Source of the DNA: Escherichia phage UoN_LG358_1
DNA length: 64,000 nt
Sequence record: OK570374
Strand: one strand, 5' to 3'
Made by a program: the position numbers and the translations under genes. This document shows, piece by piece, positions 19,089 through 29,101 of the stretch (its first letter is position 1; each line of letters starts with the position of its first letter). The notes under the pieces are model-generated. The model worked only from the letters and a program-made list of their open reading frames with translations, did no database searches and was not told the DNA's origin.

Positions 19089-19316
19089 TTATTCTTTAAT
19101 CAAACCCATGTAAAACATTTTATCTTCAGGTTCCATGCCATCGCAGTACTCAATTTCCATAAAACGATTAATAGCTTTTAAAGGACCATTAATGACAACG
19201 TTCATGTTCCATGATTTGGAATTCTGTGAATTAGCGATACGAAGTTCTGGGTATCGATTACGAATAACTTCTTCAATGTATTCAAAATCTACAACATCAA
19301 TATCAACACTAGCCAT
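19089..19316 (-). CDS. hypothetical acidic early protein (75 aa)
   Basis: ORF with promoter/leader cassette upstream. Confidence 0.45.
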   Translation of the reverse strand: MASVDIDVVDFEYIEEVIRNRYPELRIANSQNSKSWNMNVVINGPLKAINRFMEIEYCDGMEPEDKMFYMGLIKE

Positions 19317-19346
19317 TTTATTTTCCTCGTTTGTTTTGATAGGGTT

Positions 19347-19376
19347 ATAGTATCATAACCATAACCCATTGTAAAC
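19347..19376 (-). promoter_or_regulatory. T4-type early promoter (GTTTAC-N18-TACTAT)
   Basis: - strand GTTTAC 19376..19371, TACTAT 19352..19347. Confidence 0.6.
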
Positions 19377-19378
19377 AA

Positions 19379-19636
19379 TTAATTGATATCACTCATATAC
19401 ATTTCGATATCTTCATATTCGCAAATTTCCAAATACTCACGGATATCTTCAACTTCACCAATGATTTCAACTAAAGGCCATCCGCCAGCGGGTCCACGTT
19501 CTGCTATAACGTTAAACTCCAATTTACCAGGAAGAATTTCCATGAACCGAGTGCAATCATCAAATTCTAAATCAATAATCATTCCGCCTTCGTCTTTGAT
19601 AATTTCACATACTAAGTCAAGTTCTAAACGTGCCAT
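19379..19636 (-). CDS. hypothetical acidic early protein, paralogue A
   Basis: MARLELDLVCEI...GGWPLVEI; start set at the second ATG because the first ATG lies inside the conserved leader (AUGAAGGA = SD). Confidence 0.5.
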   Translation of the reverse strand: MARLELDLVCEIIKDEGGMIIDLEFDDCTRFMEILPGKLEFNVIAERGPAGGWPLVEIIGEVEDIREYLEICEYEDIEMYMSDIN

Positions 19637-19667
19637 GATATTTTCCTTCATTTGTTTTGATAAGGTA

Positions 19668-19697
19668 ATAGTAACACAGTTTAAAGCGGATGTAAAC
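19668..19697 (-). promoter_or_regulatory. T4-type early promoter (GTTTAC-N18-TACTAT)
   Basis: - strand GTTTAC 19697..19692, TACTAT 19673..19668. Confidence 0.6.
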
Positions 19698-19840
19698 AGT
19701 TAATTGCAAATTTCTGCATCAACTTTACTCTTTCACAACTTAATTCATTGCCTAGAAAAATCATATACAATAGTCATTTGAACTCAATAACATCGTATGA
19801 GGTTATACCATAACTATAACCTCATAATGTAGTATACGTA

Positions 19841-20101
19841 TTATTGTTCCATAAATTCATCTAGCAACCAATCAATGTCTTCCCATTGATTATCTTCAAG
19901 CCATTTGCGGATATTTTTTTCAGACCCGCGAAGATAAATCACTGGCCAGCCGCCGCCGGTGCCTTCTTCGATTATAAGGTCAAAATCAAGACCATGGTCA
20001 ACATCATAAAAACGGCTTCCATCCTCAAAAATTAAATCAGTTGCAATTCCACGCTCATTGCGGTGAACTTCAGCTACAATATCAAGTTCTAAACGTGCCA
20101 T
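19841..20101 (-). CDS. hypothetical acidic early protein, paralogue B
   Basis: MARLELDIVAEV...GGWPVIYL; tandem paralogue of 19379-19636. Confidence 0.5.
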   Translation of the reverse strand: MARLELDIVAEVHRNERGIATDLIFEDGSRFYDVDHGLDFDLIIEEGTGGGWPVIYLRGSEKNIRKWLEDNQWEDIDWLLDEFMEQ

Positions 20102-20132
20102 TTTCAATTTCCTCATTTGTTTTGATGAGATA

Positions 20133-20162
20133 ATAGTAACACAGTTTTTGGAGGATGTAAAC
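20133..20162 (-). promoter_or_regulatory. T4-type early promoter (GTTTAC-N18-TACTAT)
   Basis: - strand GTTTAC 20162..20157, TACTAT 20138..20133. Confidence 0.6.
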
Positions 20163-20170
20163 GGTTAGCT

Positions 20171-20204
20171 CCAGAAACAACAAAGGAGCCCGTAGGCTCC
20201 TTTT
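20171..20204 (-). terminator. terminator hairpin downstream of gene 32 (GGAGCC-CGUA-GGCUCC)
   Basis: 6-bp GC stem flanked by U/A-rich tracts on both strands. Confidence 0.5.
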
Positions 20205-20208
20205 ATTA

Positions 20209-21114
20209 TTAAAGACCGTTCAAAATGTCGTCCAGGTCATCATCGTCAGATGAACTAACATCTGAAGTAGAATTGTTAGTTGTAGAACCAGATGAGAAAG
20301 CTTCCATATCTTTATCAAAAGCGTCCAGGTCATCAGCTACTTTATCAGCCTGTCGTTCAGCTTTTGCTGCGGCACCGCCCATAGCAGCAGTTCCCATAAC
20401 TTTCTCAAATTTCTTTTGGTTGTCGTCAAAAGATTTAAATTTATCTTTAGAGGTCATTTCAGTTAAATCAACCATCTGGTCATTGAGAGATTTCTGAACA
20501 GATTCATCGTCAATATTTGGGATTTCAGATTGGCCCAAGAATTTCGATTCGTCGTAGTTACTAAAGCCTGATACTTTCTTAACTTTCAGTACAAAGTTTG
20601 CGCCTTCATAAGGACAAGTTACATCAACTGGAGTTTCACCCATATCAGTATCAACTGCAATCATTGCGTTGATTTTGTCCCAAATTTTCTTACCAAAACG
20701 ATATTTGAAAACTTTACCTTCATTTTCTGGAGCAGCCGGGTCTTTAATAACCAGGATATTCGCCCAGTAAGAAGTTTTGCGTTTCAGTAGTTTATATTCT
20801 TCTTGGTTTGTGTTATAGCTGTCGTTTTTAGACAGATGCTGGCATACCGGGCAAGAATCGTAATCACCGTGTGTAGATGTGCAATTTTCAATATACCACT
20901 GATTATTTTTCTTAAAGCCATGATTAATCAAAATTGCAAACGGAGCAGCTTCTTCATTTTTGGAAGGCAGAAAACGAATCACCGCTTGGCCATTACCTGC
21001 ATTATCGAGCTTAAGTTTCCATTCACCTTTATCTGAATCTTGGAAACCACCTTTGTTACCAGACAGAGCGGCCAGTTGAGCTTGAAGTTGAGCGGGATTT
21101 TTGCGTTTAAACAT
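20209..21114 (-). CDS. 32: single-stranded DNA-binding protein gp32
   Basis: 301 aa; zinc site (H...C...CPVCQH), acidic C-terminal tail ([11 protein letters not shown]); synteny. Confidence 0.95.
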   Translation of the reverse strand: MFKRKNPAQLQAQLAALSGNKGGFQDSDKGEWKLKLDNAGNGQAVIRFLPSKNEEAAPFAILINHGFKKNNQWYIENCTSTHGDYDSCPVCQHLSKNDSYNTNQEEYKLLKRKTSYWANILVIKDPAAPENEGKVFKYRFGKKIWDKINAMIAVDTDMGETPVDVTCPYEGANFVLKVKKVSGFSNYDESKFLGQSEIPNIDDESVQKSLNDQMVDLTEMTSKDKFKSFDDNQKKFEKVMGTAAMGGAAAKAERQADKVADDLDAFDKDMEAFSSGSTTNNSTSDVSSSDDDDLDDILNGL

Positions 21115-21128
21115 GGGTATTTACCTTA

Positions 21129-21782
21129 TTAATATTTACAGTTTTTTACAGTTTTTATGAACAGTTGTTTTGCTTCTAATGCATCAACATCAAGAATTTT
21201 CTTGTATGCGTTGAGCTTAGTTGAATAATTTGACCAAACTAAATTATCTGTCGCCTGGTCATGATTATTTATAATATCCAAAAATGAATCAAGAATTATA
21301 AAAGTTTCGAAAGAAATAATACTACTTTGAAGTAGTTTAAACACATATGATGTGTTGATTTTGTTATTATATACAAATATTTCGTTTAGCGTTTTAACTT
21401 CAACTTTTTTGCTAAAGTAATAAATGTTTCTGACATCTTCTTCAAACGTGCTTTTAATCATTTTCAATTTGCCGATATATTCTCTATAGAATACCAAAGC
21501 ATCGGCGTCACTGATATCTCCAATCCAAGCATCTTGGTTAGCAACCAGATTGCTCACGAAGATTATTGCAAGCTCTTTAAGCTTATATTTTTCTGACAGT
21601 TTTTCAAAGAAATATTTATCGCGGCGCTTCTGATACGCCTTATCAGAAACCCGCATACGCCAGTTGTATTTTATTACATCATATCTGCCAGCGAAATGAT
21701 TTTTTAACATCAAATACAGCAAATAGACTGATTTTCCATTGATGTATCTATCACCATCAGGCGGCATGCGGATTTTAATCAT
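21129..21782 (-). CDS. 59: helicase loader gp59
   Basis: 217 aa ORF directly upstream of gene 32 as in T4. Confidence 0.8.
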   Translation of the reverse strand: MIKIRMPPDGDRYINGKSVYLLYLMLKNHFAGRYDVIKYNWRMRVSDKAYQKRRDKYFFEKLSEKYKLKELAIIFVSNLVANQDAWIGDISDADALVFYREYIGKLKMIKSTFEEDVRNIYYFSKKVEVKTLNEIFVYNNKINTSYVFKLLQSSIISFETFIILDSFLDIINNHDQATDNLVWSNYSTKLNAYKKILDVDALEAKQLFIKTVKNCKY

Positions 21783-22102
21783 AACAGAAATTCTAATGTA
21801 TTAGTTTTTTCACCACGAGAAACACTAGGCCTTAACATGTGTTCATCTATAGCTTCAGACCTAATTTTTTCAATAATACCAGATGGAACAAATTTAGAGT
21901 ACATTGTTTCTGGAATAGAATTTTCTTCCATCCACATAGTAGTGGCTTCTAAATATCCCAGTCCATTTTCTTCAACTAAAGTTTCAATAATAAATCCGTT
22001 TTGCTGCTTATCTAGCAGCTCATTTAGTTTATCATTTTTTTCTTTAGCGGATGAAATCGGAGTTGTTTCGTCATTTAGTGAAAATAGAGTCATAAATTTC
22101 AA
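21779..22102 (-). CDS. 33: late transcription accessory protein gp33
   Basis: 107 aa ORF in T4 position between 59 and dsbA. Confidence 0.7.
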   Translation of the reverse strand: MKFMTLFSLNDETTPISSAKEKNDKLNELLDKQQNGFIIETLVEENGLGYLEATTMWMEENSIPETMYSKFVPSGIIEKIRSEAIDEHMLRPSVSRGEKTNTLEFLL

Positions 22103-22358
22103 CTACCTTATCTTTTTCTTCTTCAAATTGTTCACGAGTGTCTTTATGATACATCGCCAGCAGTTGGTTAAAAGCTTTTGAATCAACACCGAGGTCGTCT
22201 TTGGCGGATGTTTTCAAATCAGCAATTAGTACTCGATAACCGGAAATTTTCAGAAGATGGTCAGAAGCTTCTTTAATTTTCTTACGGAGGTCTTCACCAT
22301 GAATAGCTTCATCAAATTCTACAGCAACTTTCTTTTCTTTGGCCATTTTAAAACTCAT
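22071..22358 (-). CDS. dsbA: dsDNA-binding protein DsbA
   Basis: 95 aa ORF in T4 position. Confidence 0.65.
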   Translation of the reverse strand: MSFKMAKEKKVAVEFDEAIHGEDLRKKIKEASDHLLKISGYRVLIADLKTSAKDDLGVDSKAFNQLLAMYHKDTREQFEEEKDKVVEIYDSIFTK

Positions 22359-23277
22359 TAATATGATTAGTTAATTTAGAAAGACCCGACTTCACAAAGT
22401 AAGAATAAATCTTACCGCGAGGAGGTGTTTTGTATAATTCATAATATTCTATAATCGGTTTAGCAATTTCTTCTGGAATATAACTAAAATCGATAAGAAC
22501 TCTATTTTCAAGATAACGATTATATTCGGCTTCTGTTAAAAGCGATTTCATTCCTTCTGGACCAGCATCTAAGCACTGCTCGAGAAGCTTAGTTGAAAAT
22601 GAAGGAGTTCGTTCACCATCAATTTTAGTGTACCAATAATCAGAACGCACTTTAACAGACGCGACGTTATCTTTGCGATCGCCTTTTAATACTTTAGTTA
22701 AACATTCAAGTTCAGCGTCCCCGGTTTTGCATACAACGAATTTCTTCTGCATCGGTGACCATTGTTTAACATTAGGATATCTGTGAAGCTGTTTAAAGTC
22801 GCCATCAGAAGAAACAATCATAATTTTGTGTCCCTTCAAAGAAAGATGAGGAACAAGAATACCGATATGGTCATCCGCTTCATATTTGTCAATATTCATA
22901 ATAGTGTAAGGCATATATTTTTGAAATTCATCGATAATTGTGCGAATTCCAGTAAAATATCCTTCCCAATCCCATAATGACTCTTCCCGGCCTTGTTTAC
23001 GGTTCTTTTTATAATAATACGCAATATCGCGTCGCCAATAACCAGACTTAGCGTTATCAGTACAAATTACAACTTTTTCATAACCTTGTTTGCGAAATTG
23101 TAAAACATTCTTTTTAAGAGTGCTTAGAACCAGATGCCGCATCATTGCGGGTTGAATTTTCTCTTTATCAGAGAATGTATTCAGCGCTGCAGCCAAAGCA
23201 ATTTGGGATAAATCCACTAACACAACACCTTCTTTCGTTTGGTCTTCTTCGCCAAACAGACAATCTAGATTTGACAT
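22348..23277 (-). CDS. rnh: RNase H (5'-3' flap exonuclease)
   Basis: 309 aa; FEN-family acidic clusters; divergent from gene 34 as in T4. Confidence 0.85.
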   Translation of the reverse strand: MSNLDCLFGEEDQTKEGVVLVDLSQIALAAALNTFSDKEKIQPAMMRHLVLSTLKKNVLQFRKQGYEKVVICTDNAKSGYWRRDIAYYYKKNRKQGREESLWDWEGYFTGIRTIIDEFQKYMPYTIMNIDKYEADDHIGILVPHLSLKGHKIMIVSSDGDFKQLHRYPNVKQWSPMQKKFVVCKTGDAELECLTKVLKGDRKDNVASVKVRSDYWYTKIDGERTPSFSTKLLEQCLDAGPEGMKSLLTEAEYNRYLENRVLIDFSYIPEEIAKPIIEYYELYKTPPRGKIYSYFVKSGLSKLTNHINEF

Positions 23278-23310
23278 TGAATAATCTCATTCAGTAGTTA
23301 ACAGAACTAT

Positions 23311-23318
23311 TATAAATA
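23311..23318 (+). promoter_or_regulatory. T4 late promoter TATAAATA for gene 34
   Basis: exact TATAAATA 29 nt upstream of gene 34 ATG. Confidence 0.65.
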
Positions 23319-23346
23319 CATTCTATAATAGCAAACAGGAGCAATC

Positions 23347-26300
23347 ATGGCCGAATTAAAACGTAAATTCAGAGCGCAAGAAGGTCTGGACGCTGCGGGT
23401 GAGAAAGTCATCAATGTTGCCAAGGCAGATCGGACGGTCATGTCTGACGGTGTTAACGTTGAATATCTCATCCAAGAAAACACATTACAACAATATGACA
23501 GCACTCGTGGTTATCCTGCGCAGTTTGCAGTCATTTATGATAACCGCATTTGGGTATCAAATCGTGAAATTCCTGAACCAGCTGGTGATTTCACCGAGCT
23601 TTACTGGAATTCCGTTCGTACTGATGCAAAATGGAAAACAGTATCGTCTGGAACCACAAATTTGAAATCAGGTGATTTTATTTCGGCTGACACTGCCGGA
23701 AGAACGGATATGAAATTTATTCTTCCAAGTAATCCGCAAGATGGTGATACAATTTTTATTAAAGATATCGGCGGTCAGCCAGGTTACGCTTCTCTTACCG
23801 TAGATGCTTCAGTTCAATCAATACTTTGGCTTGGAAAACAAGTTAGAACTGTACAGATGACGCATCCATATTCACAAATGGTTTTTGTTTTTAGCAATCG
23901 TTTGTGGCAGCTTTACATAAGTGATAATGAAAGAGTAGCAATTACTATTACTCCCGCATCTATTCATGAAGCACAAGCTAATGAATTCTTAGTTCGTCGC
24001 TATACTTCTGGCGCTCCGGTACGTGTTAAATTACCTAAGTATGCCAACAATGGTGACATGATTAATTTCACTGATTTAGATGCTATGAATCCGCAATTTC
24101 ATCTTTATGTTGATACTTATGATGAGAATACAAGCATTGGTTCAGTTGGAACTCACCAGTTAATTTCACGCACTTCAGGTGATGGATTTATAATATTCGA
24201 TGATTCTGAAAACTTGTGGCGCGTATGGGATGGTGATCTTCGTACTCGTCTTCGTATTATTCGTGAAGACACTATTGTTAGGCCTAATGACCATGTTATG
24301 GTATTTGGTGTAAATAACACTGAAGTAAAAACAGTGACTGTCACTTTACCACCAACTCCTGCAATTGGTGATACTGTAAAAATTTCTCTGAACTATATGA
24401 GAAAAGGTCAAACTGTTAATATAACTGCATCTGGCACAGATACAATTGCATCAAATGTTGCTTTACTTCAATTTCCTAAGCGTTCTGAATATCCGCCAGG
24501 AACAACTTGGGTACAAAACAAGACAATTTCATTTAATGGCGATACGTCTTATGTTCCAGTATTAGAACTATCTTACATTGAAGATAGTTCTTTAAAATAT
24601 TGGGTTATTGCTGAAAATAATCCTACAGTTGAACGAGTCGATTCAACAAGCGATTCAACCCGTAATCGTCTTGGTGTAATTGCTTTAGCTACTCAAGCTC
24701 AGGCAAACGTAGATTATGAAAATAATCCAGAAAAAGAAAGAGCTATAACTCCAGAAACTTTGGCTAATCGTATTTCTACTAAAATTCGCCGAGGTATTGC
24801 TCGTTTGGCTACTCAAGCTGAGCTTGAAGTTAAAACTGGTGGAACTCTACTTGATGACGTTATCGTTACTCCGAAAGTTTTGAATGACCGTATTGCTTTA
24901 GAAGACAGACAAGGACTTGCTGAATTAGCAACTCAGTCGGAAACTAATGATGGTGTAGACGATTCAAGAATTGTCACTCCTAAGAAACTTAATAATCGTA
25001 AAGCTTCTGAAATTTTAACTGGTATTATCGCTTTAGTAAAAACTGGTATAAGCACTTTAGCTGGTATAAATCGTGATACGAAAGGCACAAACGTATATGA
25101 CTATACTGATAATGAAAAAGCTGTAACTCCTGCTTCTTTGTTTGAAAATAAAGCTACATATACTTCGCAAGGCGGTTCTTATTTAGCTACAGAAACTGAA
25201 GTTATTCAAGGTACTCCTCATGACCCTAAAGTACCTACAGTTGTAACTCCGGTTGAATTACAAAAGAAAACTGCTACTGAAACTCGTATTGGTTTTACTG
25301 AAACTGCTACTCAAGTTGAAGTTGACGCAGGTACAGATGATTTCAGATATGTTACTCCTAAAAAATTAAATGGACGTAATGCTACTGAAACTTTAACTGG
25401 TATTTCACGAATTGCTACAGACTCTGAATTTTCAGCTGGCACATTAGATAATGTTATTTCAACTCCGTTGAAAATTAAAAATTACTTTTCTTCTGTTGCT
25501 CGTCATTCTGTTATTCCTGAATCTGGACTAGTTGAAACAGGGAACTTCTGGGACCATTATAACCTCGATATTCAAAAAGCATCTGAAACCCAACGAGGCA
25601 CACTCGCGTTGGCAACTCAGGTGTTGACTGATGCTGGTGTTGATGATACTACAGCTGTTACTCCTAAAAAGCTTCAAGCTAAAAAGACATCTGAAACTTC
25701 TGAGGGTATTATTCAAATAGCAACTCAGGCTGAGACTGTAGCTGGTATCGTTGGTAATAAAGCTGTTCCGCCAAAGCATTTGAAGTATGCTATACAGGTA
25801 CAAGCGGATTGGGAAGCAACACCTTTACGTAGAGGCCCAATTAAATTAACGGAAGGCGCATTAAGTTTTGTCGGTGATAAAGTATTTGGTTCGGGTGTTC
25901 AATTTAATGCTTTAACCGGTCTCTATGAAAACGATGATGCTAAATTAGCGTTAGGAAATTATTTCAAATCAGGTTATGCTGTATCTCCGTTTGAAATGAA
26001 CAAGACACTTCAAAACTTTTTGCCGATAAATGCAATTGCTGTTAATTCACACAAGTTAGATAATCTTGATTCAACCCAGTTCATTCGAAGAGATATCGAT
26101 CAGACAGTTGAAGGTTCTTTAACGTTAACCAAACAAACCAACACCAGTGCACCTCTAGTATCCTCTAGTACTGCGAAGTTTGTTAGTATGTTGGTTACCA
26201 CAGAAGCTACTATCGGTGACTCTACAAGTCACTCTGTGATTAATTTGGATGCGAAAACCAATAAATGGGTTATTGATGGCCAAGCTGATTCTTTATACTT

Positions 26301-27168
26301 GGATTTCACAGCAGGCGCTACTGATGTCCTTAAGCTGAAACGTGATGGTGATGTTAACGTAGCTCAAACACTTTATGCTGGAAATAAAGTAGATGCTTCT
26401 AAAGGCTTTAGCGTTGAAGGTGGTACAATGGTTATTAACCCTACCGCCACTAATATTCAAATTGGTTCTCAATCTAAAGCTACCAATATCCAAACAACGG
26501 ATGCTGGTAATTTACAAGTAACTGACCCGTCTGGCTCGTCTGTAGTTCTGACTACGAAAAACGCAATTACTATCGTCGGTAATAATTTCGTTAATAAAGC
26601 CGGAGACTCCATGTTTGGCCGATTGGATGTTTCTGCTGCTGTGAGCGCGGTTATTACTCAGGCTAAAGCTACTGGTCCTCTTACTAATGAAACGGTAGGT
26701 AGTTGGTCTTCTGAAATAATTGACCCGTTAATTTATAACACTTTGCCTGGATTTATGGTTCCGATTTATTCAGATGAAGACGGCGGGAAAGTTATAGTTG
26801 GATACGTTGATTATGACCCGGCAGATGCTTCTAAACGTGGTATAAGAGCTCCAGGTATACTGTCTCAGATTGGAACGAGTAAAAAGGAATTTACATATCA
26901 AATATGGAACCCTCGTCCAGCTACGGCTTATCCAGATGCTAAATCTTCTCTGTGGATTAGAACTTATGACCCAGTTAAAGGCGCATTTAACGAATGGGGA
27001 AGAGTTTATACTACGGAAGCACCAGTTACATCTGCTGAAATAGGAGCTGTTTCTACTGCTGGTTCTGCGTTTAATAACTTAACAATCAGAGATTGGTTAC
27101 AGATTGGTAATGTTCGTATTACTCCTAATCCTGCAACGCAATCTGTTGATTTTACTTGGGTGCCTTAA
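23347..27168 (+). CDS. 34: long tail fibre proximal subunit gp34
   Basis: 1273 aa; internal repeats (LATQAE...VTPKKL); SD AGGAG upstream; synteny. Confidence 0.95.
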   Translation: MAELKRKFRAQEGLDAAGEKVINVAKADRTVMSDGVNVEYLIQENTLQQYDSTRGYPAQFAVIYDNRIWVSNREIPEPAGDFTELYWNSVRTDAKWKTVSSGTTNLKSGDFISADTAGRTDMKFILPSNPQDGDTIFIKDIGGQPGYASLTVDASVQSILWLGKQVRTVQMTHPYSQMVFVFSNRLWQLYISDNERVAITITPASIHEAQANEFLVRRYTSGAPVRVKLPKYANNGDMINFTDLDAMNPQFHLYVDTYDENTSIGSVGTHQLISRTSGDGFIIFDDSENLWRVWDGDLRTRLRIIREDTIVRPNDHVMVFGVNNTEVKTVTVTLPPTPAIGDTVKISLNYMRKGQTVNITASGTDTIASNVALLQFPKRSEYPPGTTWVQNKTISFNGDTSYVPVLELSYIEDSSLKYWVIAENNPTVERVDSTSDSTRNRLGVIALATQAQANVDYENNPEKERAITPETLANRISTKIRRGIARLATQAELEVKTGGTLLDDVIVTPKVLNDRIALEDRQGLAELATQSETNDGVDDSRIVTPKKLNNRKASEILTGIIALVKTGISTLAGINRDTKGTNVYDYTDNEKAVTPASLFENKATYTSQGGSYLATETEVIQGTPHDPKVPTVVTPVELQKKTATETRIGFTETATQVEVDAGTDDFRYVTPKKLNGRNATETLTGISRIATDSEFSAGTLDNVISTPLKIKNYFSSVARHSVIPESGLVETGNFWDHYNLDIQKASETQRGTLALATQVLTDAGVDDTTAVTPKKLQAKKTSETSEGIIQIATQAETVAGIVGNKAVPPKHLKYAIQVQADWEATPLRRGPIKLTEGALSFVGDKVFGSGVQFNALTGLYENDDAKLALGNYFKSGYAVSPFEMNKTLQNFLPINAIAVNSHKLDNLDSTQFIRRDIDQTVEGSLTLTKQTNTSAPLVSSSTAKFVSMLVTTEATIGDSTSHSVINLDAKTNKWVIDGQADSLYLDFTAGATDVLKLKRDGDVNVAQTLYAGNKVDASKGFSVEGGTMVINPTATNIQIGSQSKATNIQTTDAGNLQVTDPSGSSVVLTTKNAITIVGNNFVNKAGDSMFGRLDVSAAVSAVITQAKATGPLTNETVGSWSSEIIDPLIYNTLPGFMVPIYSDEDGGKVIVGYVDYDPADASKRGIRAPGILSQIGTSKKEFTYQIWNPRPATAYPDAKSSLWIRTYDPVKGAFNEWGRVYTTEAPVTSAEIGAVSTAGSAFNNLTIRDWLQIGNVRITPNPATQSVDFTWVP

Positions 27169-28355
27169 TGGAAAAAATGATGGCGAGTTTTGGTAATGGA
27201 TATACCAAAACTCAAGTTATTTCTGAAAATAATTCCATCAAATACAAAATTTCATTTGCTGCGGGGTCGGTATTTTCGACCCCATCTTCTGCATATTTCA
27301 CCTTTCAGGATACTCCTATAGGTGACCAGCAAGATGGTGCTGGTATAAATGTTAGAATTTTTAACCCAGCATTGAATACTGTATCTACAAAGAAAACATT
27401 CTTATTAACGGCTAATGATGCTGATCCAGGAAATACCGCGTTTATTGATTATTTGGCATCGTTTACACAAGATAATACAAATTTGTTAATATTCACTACA
27501 TCAGGTGATATTAAAACTAGTACTTTAATAGAGAATAAATTTAAGTCAATTTATTCAACTATGTGGCCTAATAAATGGATAACTTCACGATATAGCTGTA
27601 CTTATTGCGGATTGTTTTCTATTAAAAATAACAAAATGATTGCTGAAAACGTAACTTATTCTGATGGGGTTCTTCGTGATGAAGATATAAGGCCTGCGTT
27701 AGAATTTGTTTACGATAAAGCAAATGATATAGGAGCTACCGGATTTTCTTATAGAGCGTTGGAAGATTTTAATGAATATACTAGTTCTTCTGCTACAATA
27801 AAAAGATATCCAATAGATTCAGTGTCAGGTGTAGACATTAGTACTATCGGAATAACACCAGGAGATATTCTTTTTTGGTCATTTGAATTTTTACACGGAG
27901 ACAATATGCCTCCAGAAGTACCCGGAACAAATGACAATAAAATAAGAATAGAAATAAGATGGTTGAATTCAGCTGGAAATTGGATTAAATCTGTTAACGT
28001 AGATTCTAATCATGCAAATGCTGGAAAATGGATAAAGCATGAGCAAACCGTTGAAGTTCCAGCTGACGCAGCTCGAATAGTTGTTCTTGCTTCTAAAACT
28101 ACTCCTAGCGATACTGTCGGAACAGGCGGGGTCCGCAACATGATATTAACTGAGACTTCGAGAGCAGTTGAACCAATGACTTCTCCGGCGGCAATATCGG
28201 TCAACGGAATTCGTTTGAATTCTATAGTATCCGGCACTTACCCAACATTGCTTATTTTACCAGCAAATGAATTTGATTCATCGGGTAAACCATTACCTGG
28301 CGAAGATATTTCTGGTATAATTTATAGCTCCGATTGGAGAGAGTTTGAAAAATAA
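27168..28355 (+). CDS. 35: long tail fibre hinge connector gp35
   Basis: ORF starting at ATG overlapping gene 34 stop (TAATG); track start is an upstream TTG. Confidence 0.8.
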   Translation: MEKMMASFGNGYTKTQVISENNSIKYKISFAAGSVFSTPSSAYFTFQDTPIGDQQDGAGINVRIFNPALNTVSTKKTFLLTANDADPGNTAFIDYLASFTQDNTNLLIFTTSGDIKTSTLIENKFKSIYSTMWPNKWITSRYSCTYCGLFSIKNNKMIAENVTYSDGVLRDEDIRPALEFVYDKANDIGATGFSYRALEDFNEYTSSSATIKRYPIDSVSGVDISTIGITPGDILFWSFEFLHGDNMPPEVPGTNDNKIRIEIRWLNSAGNWIKSVNVDSNHANAGKWIKHEQTVEVPADAARIVVLASKTTPSDTVGTGGVRNMILTETSRAVEPMTSPAAISVNGIRLNSIVSGTYPTLLILPANEFDSSGKPLPGEDISGIIYSSDWREFEK

Positions 28356-28357
28356 TT

Positions 28358-28380
28358 AAGGGCCGCAAGGCCCTTTTTTC
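28358..28380 (+). terminator. intrinsic terminator after gene 35 (AAGGGCC-GCAA-GGCCCUU + U6)
   Basis: GC-rich hairpin followed by TTTTTT on + strand. Confidence 0.6.
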
Positions 28381-28395
28381 TTTTATAAAATAGCA

Positions 28396-28403
28396 AATAA
28401 ATA
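28396..28403 (+). promoter_or_regulatory. candidate late promoter for gene 36 (AATAAATA, 7/8 match)
   Basis: near-consensus late motif 25 nt upstream of gene 36 ATG. Confidence 0.35.
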
Positions 28404-28427
28404 TGAATATACTCTAGAGGACTTCAT

Positions 28428-29093
28428 ATGGCCGATTTAAAATCAAATAGTACAGTAGGCGGAGCTCCTATATGGCATAAAGGAAATTTTCCTTTATCTC
28501 CAGTAGGTGACACTCTGCTTTATAAGACTTTTAAAGTCTACACAGAATTCGATAAACCTCAGGCAGTAGATAACGATTTTGTTTCTAAAGCTGCTGGAGG
28601 AGAATATTTAAAAAACGTTAATTTTAAAGAAGGTTTATCATTTAGTGATAAAGCTGGTGCTCCGATTTTTATTGGAGTTCCTAAAAATACCACGGCGGCA
28701 GCTACTTATACAGCATCGATAAAATTAACTGGGTCATTCGCTTTAGAAACTCCCGATAATAAGCCATTTATCATATTCAACCCAATAGAAACATTCGGTC
28801 CTGATATATACCGGTTGACTGTCATGGGTGATATGATTGCTCGTCAAATTTATGACGAATCAGGTAGAGTTTTTTCTCCAGGAAATACTCCATCTAAAGC
28901 GCAGGTCGGTTTAGGATTAGTTGATAACGCAAAACAAGTTCAACTTGAGCAATCAGCCGTACAAACAATGACAGGTGTTTTGGCTGCACCGAACTTTATA
29001 AGTACTAATCCGGCGACAGCTGATAACCACGTAGCTCGTTTTGACCAGATTGTAATAAAAGACTCAATTCAAGATTTTGGATATTATAGCTAA
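28428..29093 (+). CDS. 36: long tail fibre distal connector gp36
   Basis: 221 aa ORF; synteny. Confidence 0.85.
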   Translation: MADLKSNSTVGGAPIWHKGNFPLSPVGDTLLYKTFKVYTEFDKPQAVDNDFVSKAAGGEYLKNVNFKEGLSFSDKAGAPIFIGVPKNTTAAATYTASIKLTGSFALETPDNKPFIIFNPIETFGPDIYRLTVMGDMIARQIYDESGRVFSPGNTPSKAQVGLGLVDNAKQVQLEQSAVQTMTGVLAAPNFISTNPATADNHVARFDQIVIKDSIQDFGYYS

Positions 29094-29101
29094 GAGGACA
29101 T

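Noticed and set aside
18641-20170. Possible CRISPR-like array from the repeated ~50-bp motif
   Set aside because: Repeats are spaced by whole genes, not short spacers, and match the early promoter architecture GTTTAC-N18-TACTAT
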